A stretch of 33,703 nucleotides of DNA from assembly GCA_025449515.1 (NCBI GenBank), contig JANWJI010000043.1, positions 1 to 33,703 of the forward strand, written 5' to 3'. Shown here piece by piece: positions 19,382 to 29,435 of the stretch. Within the stretch, counting starts at the first letter, position 1; the number at the start of each line of letters is the position of its first letter. Both the position numbers and the translations under genes were made by a program. The stretch is from Nitrososphaeraceae archaeon. Lineage in GTDB: Archaea; Thermoproteota; Nitrososphaeria; Nitrososphaerales; Nitrososphaeraceae. The notes under the pieces are model-generated. The model was not told the origin of the DNA, searched no databases, and worked only from the letters and a program-made list of their open reading frames with translations.

Positions 19382-21520
19382 ATGGGTCTTGATTTAGATC
19401 AGAAGGTATCTTCGCTATTAATCTCTTTAGGATATCCTACATTATATCCCCCGCAGGAATTAGCTATATCCAAAGGGGTTTTAGAAGGTAAAAATTTGCT
19501 CATTACAACTCCAACCTCTAGTGGTAAGACGTTGGTGGCATTAATGGCAGCAATCAAGACAATCGAGAAGGGATTCAAAGTAGCATACCTAACTCCATTA
19601 CGAGCATTAGCAGCGGAAAAATGTGAGGATTTTCAAGTCCTCAATAATCTCAACATATTCAATCGAAAGGTTAAGATTGAATTAGCAGGTGGTGACTTCG
19701 ATTCTCAGGGCAAAGAACTAGCTAATGCTGACATTACAATATTGACCAATGAAAAAATGGATTCGCTGATGAGACATAGGTCAGATTGGATATCAGAAGT
19801 AGGGCTTTTTGTATTCGATGAAGTGCATTTCTTAGGTGACCGTGAGAGAGGTCCTGTGCTAGAGATGATGTTAACTACAATACGAAAAATCTATCCTCAA
19901 ATTCAGCTCTTAGTACTTAGTGCTACGGTCATTAATTCAGAGGACATAGCTTCTTGGCTTGGATGCGAATTGGTTGACAGTAAATGGAGACCTACGAAAT
20001 TAGTGGAGGGCGTATACCAGAATGGTAACATAAAAATGAGTGATGGTAGCCAGATAAAAATTAAATCCAATTGCGGATCTGCAATAGTCGATATCGTCCA
20101 AGATTCTATGGTGAACGGATATCAGACTTTAGTGTTTGCTGAAACTCGTAAATGTACTTCCTACCTTGCAAAGAAAGTAGAAGGAATCGTATACAAAAGT
20201 CTAGATGAGAACATTAGAAAAATGGCGTTAGAAGAGTCATCCAAGATCCGTTCTTATGGAGAAGATACAGAAATTACATCGACTCTTTCCCAACTGGTAT
20301 CCAAGGGAGTGGCGTTTCATCACGCAGGTATCGGATCATCTAGTAGGAAAATCATAGAGGAGTCATTCAAAAAAGGAATCGTCAAAATTCTATTTACCAC
20401 TCCAACACTCGCTGCTGGCGTGAATCTGCCTGCTAGACGGGTTATCTTGACAAATTTCTTACGCTATGATTCAGAGATTGGTAGTAGGTTACCCATCAGT
20501 GTCTTAGAATATAAACAAATAGCTGGCCGCGGGGGCAGACCAATGTATGACAAAAATGGAGAATCAATAATCATTGCTGGATCGAATTTTAATCGTGATG
20601 ATATTTACGATCATTATGTATTGGGTTCTCCCGAGCCAATAAGGTCACAACTTACAAATAATAGAACGATTAGGATACATGTTTTAAGCAATATAGTTAT
20701 GTTTCCTGGAATAAAGAAAAATGAAGTTATAGATATATTTCAAAATACATTGCTGGCACAATCTTGCAAGGAATCTACCTTGTCGTCCAAAATCATCAAT
20801 GCTTTGGATTATCTACAATCAGAACGATTGGTCAAAATGAGGAAGGAGAGATATATTGTAACGGAATTTGGAAAGAATATATCATTGTTATACATAGATC
20901 CTTCTACAGGGATAGAGTTTAGAAAAGCTATCGAATCGATTATAAAACCCAGCATAGAGAATCATACCTTAGGTTTTTTACATTTAATTACAAGCAGTGT
21001 GGACTTTTATCCACGCCTTGCACTAAGAAATAACGATTACGACACGCTATCTGAAATTTTCCTGCACGACGCAAATCAATTCATCTATCAGATTAATGAG
21101 TACGAAAGTTCGAGAAGCCTATGGGCGCTCTATGAATGGATCAATGAGAGTAGCGATAGGAAGCTGAGTGAGAGACTTGGAGTTGAACCGGGTGACATGT
21201 ATAGAATTGTGGAGACAAGCGAATGGTTGGCCTATTCGTTATACAAGGTCGCAAAGATCATTGGGCGCGAAGATTTGCTCAACGAAATATACAATTTAAG
21301 AATTAGAATAAAATATGGCATAAAAGAAGAGCTTATGTCCCTAATCCAATTCAGAGGGATAGGAAGGGTTAAGGCCAGGTCATTGTATAATGCTGGCATC
21401 ACAAACTCCACTGTCCTAGCAAATACTCCAGAATCAAAGTTATCTGCGATTCCTAAGATTGGAATAGCATTAGCTAGGATTTTGAAGAATGAACCAAAGG
21501 ATACGATGCTTCCTGCATAA
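19382..21520 (+). CDS. hel308: Hel308/Hjm Ski2-like DNA helicase
   Basis: LYPPQ, TPTSSGKT, DEVH, SAT, FHHAG, TPTLAAGVNLPA and QIAGRGGRP motifs; C-terminal HhH region RGIGRVKARSLYNAG. Confidence 0.96.
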   Translation: MGLDLDQKVSSLLISLGYPTLYPPQELAISKGVLEGKNLLITTPTSSGKTLVALMAAIKTIEKGFKVAYLTPLRALAAEKCEDFQVLNNLNIFNRKVKIELAGGDFDSQGKELANADITILTNEKMDSLMRHRSDWISEVGLFVFDEVHFLGDRERGPVLEMMLTTIRKIYPQIQLLVLSATVINSEDIASWLGCELVDSKWRPTKLVEGVYQNGNIKMSDGSQIKIKSNCGSAIVDIVQDSMVNGYQTLVFAETRKCTSYLAKKVEGIVYKSLDENIRKMALEESSKIRSYGEDTEITSTLSQLVSKGVAFHHAGIGSSSRKIIEESFKKGIVKILFTTPTLAAGVNLPARRVILTNFLRYDSEIGSRLPISVLEYKQIAGRGGRPMYDKNGESIIIAGSNFNRDDIYDHYVLGSPEPIRSQLTNNRTIRIHVLSNIVMFPGIKKNEVIDIFQNTLLAQSCKESTLSSKIINALDYLQSERLVKMRKERYIVTEFGKNISLLYIDPSTGIEFRKAIESIIKPSIENHTLGFLHLITSSVDFYPRLALRNNDYDTLSEIFLHDANQFIYQINEYESSRSLWALYEWINESSDRKLSERLGVEPGDMYRIVETSEWLAYSLYKVAKIIGREDLLNEIYNLRIRIKYGIKEELMSLIQFRGIGRVKARSLYNAGITNSTVLANTPESKLSAIPKIGIALARILKNEPKDTMLPA

Positions 21521-21629
21521 TGCCATTGGAAATATAGAGTTTATTTAAATAATCTAGACCAAAGTTTAGGGGTTATTCAATGTTGCAGTTATATAACAAA
21601 TCTTTTGTATTAACAGGACTGATAGATAT

Positions 21630-22652
21630 TTGCTAAATCTCGCAGACAATAGTACACTAATCCAAGCAATACTTGTCTCTTTTATCTCATTTGTGATAGT
21701 TGTATTTATGATGCCAAGAACAATCAGTTCATTAATCTCTAAAGGAAAGGTAGTAAAGGATTTCCATAAACCTGAATTGCCGCTCATACCTAGGCCGGCC
21801 GGACCCACATTGCTTGTAGGGATCGCATCGGCGGAAATAATCCTATTTTTGCTAACGTTCAATGCGAAAGTCATCGCAATTCTGCTAACTACAGTCATAG
21901 GATTTATTATTGGCCTGATTGACGATAAGCGGGTAATGCCGGGATCCTTTAAGCCACTCGCGTTAATATTAGCAGCTGTTCCCTTGATAGTTCTCGGAGC
22001 TTACGGTTCTCATCTGCATCTCATTTTTGGTGCAGTCTTCATTCCTCTGTTATACGTCCCACTAATCTTAGTTATAGTTCCTATTGTAGGAAACACAATT
22101 AATTCCATTGATGTATTAAATGGGGTCGCCAGTGGGTTTGTAATTATATGTACCATACCTCTTCTAATAAGTATTGCAATATTTGGTAGCAATGACGTGT
22201 TCGTGGCAGCTCTACCATTATTATTCGGAACATTAGCATTATACAGATTTCATAAGTATCCCAGCAAGATCTTTCCCGGTGATTCGGGAACTTTGTTAAT
22301 TGGGTCAATGTACGGCGCTATTGCTATAGCTGGAAATTCAGAAGTGATAGGAGTTATCTCGTTGCTACCCGCAGTTATGAATTCTTTCCTTTTTCTAGCC
22401 AGCGTGAAGAAAATAGTCGAACACAGACAAGTTAAGGCCAGGCCCACTGTATTAATGGAGGATTATAAATTGGCGGCATCAAAGGAAAGGGATGCGCCTA
22501 CTACCCTTTTAAGATTAATCCTTGCACGTGGACCTCTGTCAGAAAAACAGATTGTTGGTCAGGTTTTTAAGCTAGGAATATTCTCTTCCATTTTAGCTGT
22601 GATCTCGATAATTATTCAATATTACTTTGTTACTGGACTAATCCCCAAATGA
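21630..22652 (+). CDS. UDP-GlcNAc:polyprenyl/dolichyl-phosphate GlcNAc-1-phosphate transferase (MraY/Alg7/AglH family)
   Basis: Polytopic membrane protein with GLIDD, NTINSIDVLNG and FHKYPSKIFPGDSG motifs. Confidence 0.92.
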   Translation: MLNLADNSTLIQAILVSFISFVIVVFMMPRTISSLISKGKVVKDFHKPELPLIPRPAGPTLLVGIASAEIILFLLTFNAKVIAILLTTVIGFIIGLIDDKRVMPGSFKPLALILAAVPLIVLGAYGSHLHLIFGAVFIPLLYVPLILVIVPIVGNTINSIDVLNGVASGFVIICTIPLLISIAIFGSNDVFVAALPLLFGTLALYRFHKYPSKIFPGDSGTLLIGSMYGAIAIAGNSEVIGVISLLPAVMNSFLFLASVKKIVEHRQVKARPTVLMEDYKLAASKERDAPTTLLRLILARGPLSEKQIVGQVFKLGIFSSILAVISIIIQYYFVTGLIPK

Positions 22653-22885
22653 AAAATGCTGGTCTTATGGCATTCATTACCTTAATGTGGATAATGATAT
22701 TAGCTGCGGCTGCTCTTCTTGTGATGGTTGTAGCTCCTATGGAGCTTGTCCTGCTTCGTAACGGAGCCAATAGGACTGTGGTATCCACAATTCAAGCATC
22801 TATTTCCATTATTGTGGTCATGATGTTAATACTATTTCTAAGCAAGTTTAAGAAGATCTATGTAAGGCGAAATCTCAAAATTTAG
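22649..22885 (+). CDS. Small two-TM membrane protein
   Basis: ATGA overlap with the upstream gene; two TM helices and a basic tail. Confidence 0.75.
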   Translation: MKNAGLMAFITLMWIMILAAAALLVMVVAPMELVLLRNGANRTVVSTIQASISIIVVMMLILFLSKFKKIYVRRNLKI

Positions 22886-23198
22886 AGGCAAAGTAATAGT
22901 CCAGTCAAGAGCTATTTTCTAGAATAAGAGATATCAATATCTGCCTTGCCATTCTCTTTATTGTTAAATTGGCCTTGCAACATCATAATTTGTTCGATTA
23001 TATGAATATCATAGAGTTAAATGTGTACTTGGGATAACTATATTGGGGTTATAATTATGCCTGTAGTCACAGATACAAGATTAGAGATGAGGTACTTGTA
23101 GATGCGACTAAGATTGAATATACAGTTTGGTGTTCAATCTGATGGCTCGCAAGAAACGTCACTACTTGCTTACAATTTGATTCTATATTCCACGCGCA

Positions 23199-24107
23199 TT
23201 ACTCTTTCAAAGAATTACTCCGGAGTTTTTTTCTCTTTGATGGATTAGGATTATGACCTACATAGTCACTCAGAGATTTTATCATAGTTCCCATCCTGTA
23301 ACTATTTGGCATTACATCAGTACTGACTGCATTATCCTCGAGTACTTTCTTTGTAGATGGACCAACAACTGTAACAATAACAAAATTGTTTAACGATGAC
23401 TTGAGGGACTGTCTTAAATTGTTTTTTTCTGCAATTATAAATAGCTCTTTGGCCGCTGGTGGACTTGTAAAGGTTATGACATCGATAATCCCTTTATTTA
23501 CGTCTTCTATAAGTTTGATGACCTTTGATTCATCTGGAGGAAGACAGCTGAATCCCATCTCCCGTAAGATTGTCGCACTTTCATTGTCAAGCTGATAGGA
23601 ATATTTGTAGATTGTCAGCTCAAACAATTCTGCCCCTGCCCGGCTAAGCTCATCTACAAAGCATTTTGAATAGGATCCATGCCATAGAATGCCTATCTTC
23701 TTGCCCGTCATACCATATACTTTTAGTAGGTTCAAGATTCCTTCTGTAGTGTTTTCATGTGGGATCAGTTTAGTATGGATATCATATTTTGCTAATACCG
23801 CTTGTGGTTTTGCGCTTCGAGCGATTATTGATACGGCTTTCAAAGCATCCCTCAACTTTTCTCCCACTCCAAGTCTCTTAGCAATAGACATAAGAGAGTA
23901 GATGCCTGGGCCAGACATGAATATCAAGAAGTCAGGACGTTCGAAAATATTGTCAATAAATTTCTTAATTTCTTCGACATCTCGTGTTGCATTTATTCCC
24001 ACGGTGGGTGCAAAGTATGGCTGGCCTCCAAATGCTATTATCAATCGAGCCAGCTCAGAGGCTCTTCTACTAGCCGTAACGGCTACCGTTAAACCTTTCA
24101 ATGACAT
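23199..24107 (-). CDS. hemD: Uroporphyrinogen-III synthase
   Basis: LKGLTVAVTASRRASELARLI, IDVITFTSPPAA and VVGPSTKKVL motifs. Confidence 0.9.
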   Translation of the reverse strand: MSLKGLTVAVTASRRASELARLIIAFGGQPYFAPTVGINATRDVEEIKKFIDNIFERPDFLIFMSGPGIYSLMSIAKRLGVGEKLRDALKAVSIIARSAKPQAVLAKYDIHTKLIPHENTTEGILNLLKVYGMTGKKIGILWHGSYSKCFVDELSRAGAELFELTIYKYSYQLDNESATILREMGFSCLPPDESKVIKLIEDVNKGIIDVITFTSPPAAKELFIIAEKNNLRQSLKSSLNNFVIVTVVGPSTKKVLEDNAVSTDVMPNSYRMGTMIKSLSDYVGHNPNPSKRKKLRSNSLKE

Positions 24108-24133
24108 ATAATATTACATTTGATAAGCATATG

Positions 24134-24162
24134 TAAATAAATAAATAATAATAATAATAATA
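24134..24162. repeat. (TAAA)3(TAA)5 microsatellite in the hemD promoter region
   Basis: taaataaataaataataataataataata is read directly from the sequence. Confidence 0.85.
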
Positions 24163-24427
24163 TCAATTCAATGATTCAGATTAGATCAGTCTAATCCATG
24201 GTGTATAGCTTCGTAAATAATATGATTTTGTATAGCTTTTCGGCACAGAGAGAAATTAGAAAGTCTCAAATACTTTCTTATTTCTCTCCTGTGAGCCTAT
24301 TCGTAATCGTCAATGAATTCTTTTTGTTATGCATATAAATCATTTAGGTAACAACGTTAACTGATAGGGCAAAACTGTAAATATTATTCTATACGGTCTA
24401 ATCTACAATAAAAATTGTTACTCCCAC

Positions 24428-24498
24428 GATAAGATGATTAGTGGTCAGGGTTTCCGCTAGATCGTGATGAGGCTGGTTAGGTTTAATCTGATTTTGTC
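24428..24498 (+). ncRNA. C/D-box guide sRNA
   Basis: Box C-like ATGATTA 24434-24440, guide, degenerate D' at about 24457-24461, perfect C' GTGATGA 24464-24470, guide, box D CTGA 24488-24491. Terminal stem GATAAG/TTTGTC; GC-richer than its flanks. Confidence 0.7.
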
Positions 24499-24542
24499 AT
24501 TAAAAGCACTCATGTAATGTAACTTCTGGCTTATATAATACA

Positions 24543-26900
24543 CTAACTGTTTAGATTATGCATTTTTCGTAAATCTGGAGCAAACGATATAAGAGTAGTG
24601 GGTACCGCAATCTGAATCGGATCTTTTAGCGACAACGGTTTTCCTGTTTCAGGCGAAATCGTTCCCTTTTTTTTCGTCCACACCATAGAATTAAATTCTA
24701 GAATCGGTTTGGTATATTTTGTTAGATCTTGATATTCTGTCCCTGACTTTGGCATCTTCTGTAAATGAATGCTCTTATCAGAATACATTTTTGTCCAAAT
24801 CTCTTCCGTAATAAAAGGACAAATTGGAGAGAGCAGCAAAAGTATTGTAGATAAGCATTTATTTATAGTCGAGATTGCAGACTCATGACCATATTTATGT
24901 TCATTCTCATAAACACGCCATTTAACCATTTCTAAGTAATGCGAGGCAAACAAGTTCCATGTGAAGTCTCTTATTGCGTTTGCAGGAATAAAAAAGTTAT
25001 AATCATTATATCCGAGCTCGCATTCCTTGACTAATTTTGACAGCTCTCCCAAAATCCACTTATCTGAGTCATCGAGGTGTCGCGGTAAATCATAAATTAT
25101 CTTAAAAGAAGAAACAAATCTTGCTAAATTCCACAACTTTGAGAGAAAATTCTTCGATATTGCGATTCTTTGTTCAGAGCATCTAAAATCCTGTCCCAAA
25201 TTACCTTCTGTAGCAGACCAAAATCGAAACGCATCTGCGCCATACCTGTGAATAATTGGAAATGGATCTATGACATTTCCCTTGCTCTTACTCATTTTTT
25301 CACCTTTCTCATCTACACCATAACCCATTATCCAAGCCTCAGACCACGGTAATTGATCGGTTTGTTGGAAGCAGCGTAACATACTATAATAAAGCCAAGT
25401 CCTTATGATATCTTTGGCCTGTGGTCTCAGATTTGTGGGATAGAGGTAGTCATATAATTTTTGATCTCGTAGATATCTTGTGATAAATAGTGGAGTGATA
25501 CTAGAGTCCATCCATGTATCAAATATCCGGTCCTCTCCAGTGAACTCTTTGCTTCCGCATTTACTGCAGTTTTCGAACGGAGGCTTTTCCTTCCAAGGTC
25601 TATAGTATTGACCGGCCTCTGGAAGATTCGGGGTTTTGCAAATATTACAGAACCAGATAGGAATTTCTGTCCCGTAAAATCTCCGTCTTGAAATTGGCCA
25701 ATCGATTGAAACTGAGTCCAGCCAGCTATTCAATATTTGTCGATGTATCTCAGGATGGAATTTTATTTTCGATGCGAGTTTTTTCAGTTTTGGGATATAA
25801 CTCATCTGCTTTAGATAATAGTCTTGCATAGATAGTATTTCAATGGGAGTTCTACTACGTTCACAGATAGGTGTTCGATGCATAATGTTTTCTTCTCTTT
25901 CGATACGTTGATCCTTTTTAAGATCCTCAATAATTCTAGATCTAGCCTGAGATATTCTAAGGTTGGCGTATGGTTTGGCTAATTCAGTTGTAGTTCCAAG
26001 CTCAGTTAACGATACTATTTCTTCAAGTCCCAGTTCTCGAAAAAGCTGGACATCATTTTGATCACCGTAGCTACAAACCATTACCGCACCAGAACCAAAG
26101 TCTGGATTTGCTGTCCGGTGAGCAAGGATTTCAACTTCTCTATCGAAAATAGGTAAGATCACATGCTTGCCTATGAGCTCCGTATAACGATTATCTTCTG
26201 AGTTCACTATTATTGCTTGACAAGCAAAGAGGAGTTCTGGCCTTGTGGAAGCTACAATTATTGTTCCTGTCTCTTTGATATTAAATTTCATATAGATAAG
26301 TTTGGTAGGAATTTCTTGATACGTGATTTCTGCATCGGCCAGGGTAGTACCGCAATCGTAGCAGTAATTATTGGGCCTGTTTGCTATGTATATTAGATCC
26401 CTTCTCCACAAATTTATGAAAGTACTCTGAGTCAATGATCTAAATTCAGTAGAGTCTGTTCTATAGTACTCGTCAAAATTCCCACTTATCCCCATATCCT
26501 TCATTATTTGAATCATCTCTGATTCAAGATCGTCCAGCGCTTGCTTGCAAAGGTCGAGAAATTTTTCTCTGTCAGTCTTCCGCATTTGAATCTTATATTT
26601 TTTTTCGGTATAAATCTCAACAGGTAGGCCATTCCTATCGATGCCTATAGGAAAGAATACACAATAATCCTTCATTCGGGCGGCCCTAGCGATCATATCT
26701 ATCTGGGCATAGTGGGCCGCTGCTCCGATGTGCCATGGTCTACCGGAGGGATATGGCGGCGGAGTGTCAATTACGAAAGGTATGCTGTTTTGACCGATGA
26801 TTGAGAAACCATAGACATTATCTTCGCGCCATTTATCTAGAATTTTCAGCTCTAGCGAAGGATCCCATGATGTAGACTCAATTTTATGGTTTTCGTTCAT
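24543..26900 (-). CDS. valS: Valine--tRNA ligase (archaeal type)
   Basis: IDTPPPYPSG, HIGH-like HIGA, ASTRPELL, GSGAVMVCSYGD, DWPISRRRFYG, FDTWMDSS and KMSKS motifs. Confidence 0.96.
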   Translation of the reverse strand: MNENHKIESTSWDPSLELKILDKWREDNVYGFSIIGQNSIPFVIDTPPPYPSGRPWHIGAAAHYAQIDMIARAARMKDYCVFFPIGIDRNGLPVEIYTEKKYKIQMRKTDREKFLDLCKQALDDLESEMIQIMKDMGISGNFDEYYRTDSTEFRSLTQSTFINLWRRDLIYIANRPNNYCYDCGTTLADAEITYQEIPTKLIYMKFNIKETGTIIVASTRPELLFACQAIIVNSEDNRYTELIGKHVILPIFDREVEILAHRTANPDFGSGAVMVCSYGDQNDVQLFRELGLEEIVSLTELGTTTELAKPYANLRISQARSRIIEDLKKDQRIEREENIMHRTPICERSRTPIEILSMQDYYLKQMSYIPKLKKLASKIKFHPEIHRQILNSWLDSVSIDWPISRRRFYGTEIPIWFCNICKTPNLPEAGQYYRPWKEKPPFENCSKCGSKEFTGEDRIFDTWMDSSITPLFITRYLRDQKLYDYLYPTNLRPQAKDIIRTWLYYSMLRCFQQTDQLPWSEAWIMGYGVDEKGEKMSKSKGNVIDPFPIIHRYGADAFRFWSATEGNLGQDFRCSEQRIAISKNFLSKLWNLARFVSSFKIIYDLPRHLDDSDKWILGELSKLVKECELGYNDYNFFIPANAIRDFTWNLFASHYLEMVKWRVYENEHKYGHESAISTINKCLSTILLLLSPICPFITEEIWTKMYSDKSIHLQKMPKSGTEYQDLTKYTKPILEFNSMVWTKKKGTISPETGKPLSLKDPIQIAVPTTLISFAPDLRKMHNLNS

Positions 26901-26987
26901 GTTTTAGCAACATATCAATTACCGTTATTAACGTTAATGACATCACTATCCTTGATGAATGGTGTTCTGCTGCTGAAAGGATCTATC

Positions 26988-27185
26988 ATGCTAATGACTG
27001 TTTTATTTTACCTATTTGTTATGAGTATTTCCATTTTTTCCACTATTATTTTCATAACTCCAAAACTTTCTGGACAGATTGCATTATTCTCTATCGTCAT
27101 AGCTATGATTCCCCCTTCAATTCTAACTATATTTTTTTTGAAAAGAATAATCAGATCGCGTTTCGTAATACGACTGTGGAGGTAG
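26988..27185 (+). CDS. Possible small two-TM protein
   Basis: The 3' part of track ORF 26886-27185 (from MLMTVLFY) has two hydrophobic helices and an Arg-rich tail. It may be an AT-rich chance ORF. Confidence 0.35.
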   Translation: MLMTVLFYLFVMSISIFSTIIFITPKLSGQIALFSIVIAMIPPSILTIFFLKRIIRSRFVIRLWR

Positions 27186-27346
27186 ACCATTTTGATTTTT
27201 AGTTTCGGCGTGTTCAAATACATGTGCTTTATACTAAGTGTGACTGTATCGTTCTCTAGCAGGTAAGTTATCGTACAGTATACTGGGCACCAAAGGTCTC
27301 AACTACATTTGAAAAACGTGGATTAAGAACTCAAATAAAACAGACG

Positions 27347-28783
27347 CTAGAAATCCTTTCTAATTGGCAATTCAGAATTTCCGAATTCGTTTGAATACAG
27401 TGAATAAAGTCTTATCTCTTGACCATGTTTTATCCGATAATTTCCAATCAGTTTTATAGTTTTTTTATATTCTTCCTTTAAGGCGATTAGTGTTTCCGCT
27501 AGATTATCAGCGATTAAGATATGCCACTCGTTACCTATATCCATAACTCTACGCGCTAGTATGATGCCAGGCCCCCAATAATTCTGATTACTTTTTATAT
27601 CATTCACTGTAAATACTGGTCCCGTACTGAGACCAATACGTACAATGATAGAATCATCACTATTTTTCTCATAATTATACTTACGCAGCTCACGGTGAAG
27701 CTGCATGCCTAGTTGTAAAGGCAATTCTGGATTCAATGGAAATCCTATTACCATTCCGTCACCAGTGGGTAGAATTATTTTCTTATCATCTGCCTTAAAA
27801 GCCTCACATGTAAGTATAAGGCTATTTAGAGTCTCTATTTTTTCTCTTTGTTTATTGACTGATAATAATGGGTCAGAAAGGCCAACTATATCTATAAAGA
27901 AAAAGTTTGCATTTATTGGCTCAGTCGGAATACCTATTCCTGACAGACTAAAGTCATACACCTTTACTAATTTCTTATAAATTCCTAAATGGTGACCGTG
28001 AAAAGGCAATTCAGTATAAATAACTGGCGTATCAAATATAGGATCCTTACAAAGGAAACAAATAGCGTAATTCGATCGTTTGCTAAACGAAATGTTCCCT
28101 TCGTTAGATATATTAAACTGGATCCACAGAGGATCATGGTGTATACCCTTTATAGAGAGCATTCTAATTCTTCTGACCAGAGCATCTCCGTTATCCTCTA
28201 ACTTCATCTCTAATATTCCATCAAAAATAGAGCTTATGCGATTAGTTTCATATTCATTCGATGATGGAGTACTTAGAGTGAAAATGGCCGCTGCATTATA
28301 TGATTTCAAAATGAAGTATAGCTTCGTAATAAATTTCTCTACAGCTTTCTCTCCAAATAATGCCAGCAGATGTGTCAACGAATCACAGACGAATCGAACA
28401 TTTTTAGCAGATTTAGTATCCGCCAAAGAAGGTGAATTTACCATCTGTTGTTTCTTACCAATCCCAGCCTGGTCAAGCGCATTAGCCACTTCGCTCAGTG
28501 TAAATGATAATTTCATATTCTCTTCTATATCATTAATATATGGATTGATAAAGATGGAATATTGGGAGATAACCGACTTCTCGATATTGGAGAAGAGGTC
28601 ATTATATTGATCTATAGTCAAATTAGAACTCAGGTATATACAATATTCATTTTGTGATATACCATCAAGCAAAAATTGTCTACAGTAAATGCTCTTTCCT
28701 GCTCCGGATGACCCAGTCAACAATAGAATGCTATTGGAGATATTATCTTTGCCTACTAAGTGACTTATCCCCGGAATTTGCAT
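27347..28783 (-). CDS. RAD55/KaiC-like ATPase fused through a Zn-binding linker to a class III nucleotide cyclase domain
   Basis: GSSGAGKS (Walker A), FVCDSL (Walker B) and FDGILEMKL...RRIRMLSIKG; linker C-x2-C-x16-H-x2-H; cyclase motifs FFFIDIVGLS, PTGDGM, VRIGLSTGPV and NYWGPGIILARRVMD. Confidence 0.88.
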   Translation of the reverse strand: MQIPGISHLVGKDNISNSILLLTGSSGAGKSIYCRQFLLDGISQNEYCIYLSSNLTIDQYNDLFSNIEKSVISQYSIFINPYINDIEENMKLSFTLSEVANALDQAGIGKKQQMVNSPSLADTKSAKNVRFVCDSLTHLLALFGEKAVEKFITKLYFILKSYNAAAIFTLSTPSSNEYETNRISSIFDGILEMKLEDNGDALVRRIRMLSIKGIHHDPLWIQFNISNEGNISFSKRSNYAICFLCKDPIFDTPVIYTELPFHGHHLGIYKKLVKVYDFSLSGIGIPTEPINANFFFIDIVGLSDPLLSVNKQREKIETLNSLILTCEAFKADDKKIILPTGDGMVIGFPLNPELPLQLGMQLHRELRKYNYEKNSDDSIIVRIGLSTGPVFTVNDIKSNQNYWGPGIILARRVMDIGNEWHILIADNLAETLIALKEEYKKTIKLIGNYRIKHGQEIRLYSLYSNEFGNSELPIRKDF

Positions 28784-29417
28784 CTCATTGTGACAAAATT
28801 AGCCAAAGCCATTACTTATATCTTATTAACTGAATTCCAATATAAAACGCGTTACACAATTTATTAGAAATCATTGATAACTAGATCTCGCAACTTAGGA
28901 GCAATAACAAAAATGCTTGGGAAGCGATCTACATCAAATAAACAAGAATTAGAATCCCGGTAGAGAGTCGCCTAGTCCAGGTTTTTCCTTTTCCAATTTC
29001 GCGATATTTCTTGACATATATTCCATGGTTCCGGGTATATGACACTTGCAAAGGCAATCACTACAATCTATATGGCTACCTTTTTTACAATAGTCAGATA
29101 GTCCATTACTCACCATAAATTAACAATTCAAACAATAAAGACTTATTTTAGTCTTGCTAAATTGCATTTAATATTAAATGCGATAATGATCACAATAATA
29201 ACTTTAACATATACACAGAGCATCAATCAGTATTATAAGTATGAAAATATCGATATCCTGATTACATCACAATTCAAATATTTTATTACAAGAAAATAGC
29301 GAAATCTAGCTGGTGCATGAGATTTAGAACAATTATTGGCTAGTTTTCAGAAAGACTTCTCCTGAGCTGCAAATATTGACTAGATACATTTTTAACTTGA
29401 TTAAAAAGAATAAACGA

Positions 29418-29435
29418 ATGGTGTTTGAGACTTAG
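29418..29435 (+). other. 5-codon uORF (MVFET*) whose TAG overlaps the putative TTA start of aIF-1A
   Basis: ATG GTG TTT GAG ACT TAG; a TTTTTAAC box at about 29389-29396 lies upstream. Confidence 0.45.

Noticed and set aside
26715..26745. HIGA in place of HIGH in ValRS as a sign of inactivation
   Set aside because: The last HIGH position varies in class I synthetases, and the rest of the gene is intact.
28951..28985. tRNA-like words GAATCCCG and GTCGCCTAGTCCAGG (split or permuted tRNA)
   Set aside because: No complete D, anticodon, T or acceptor stems can be built.
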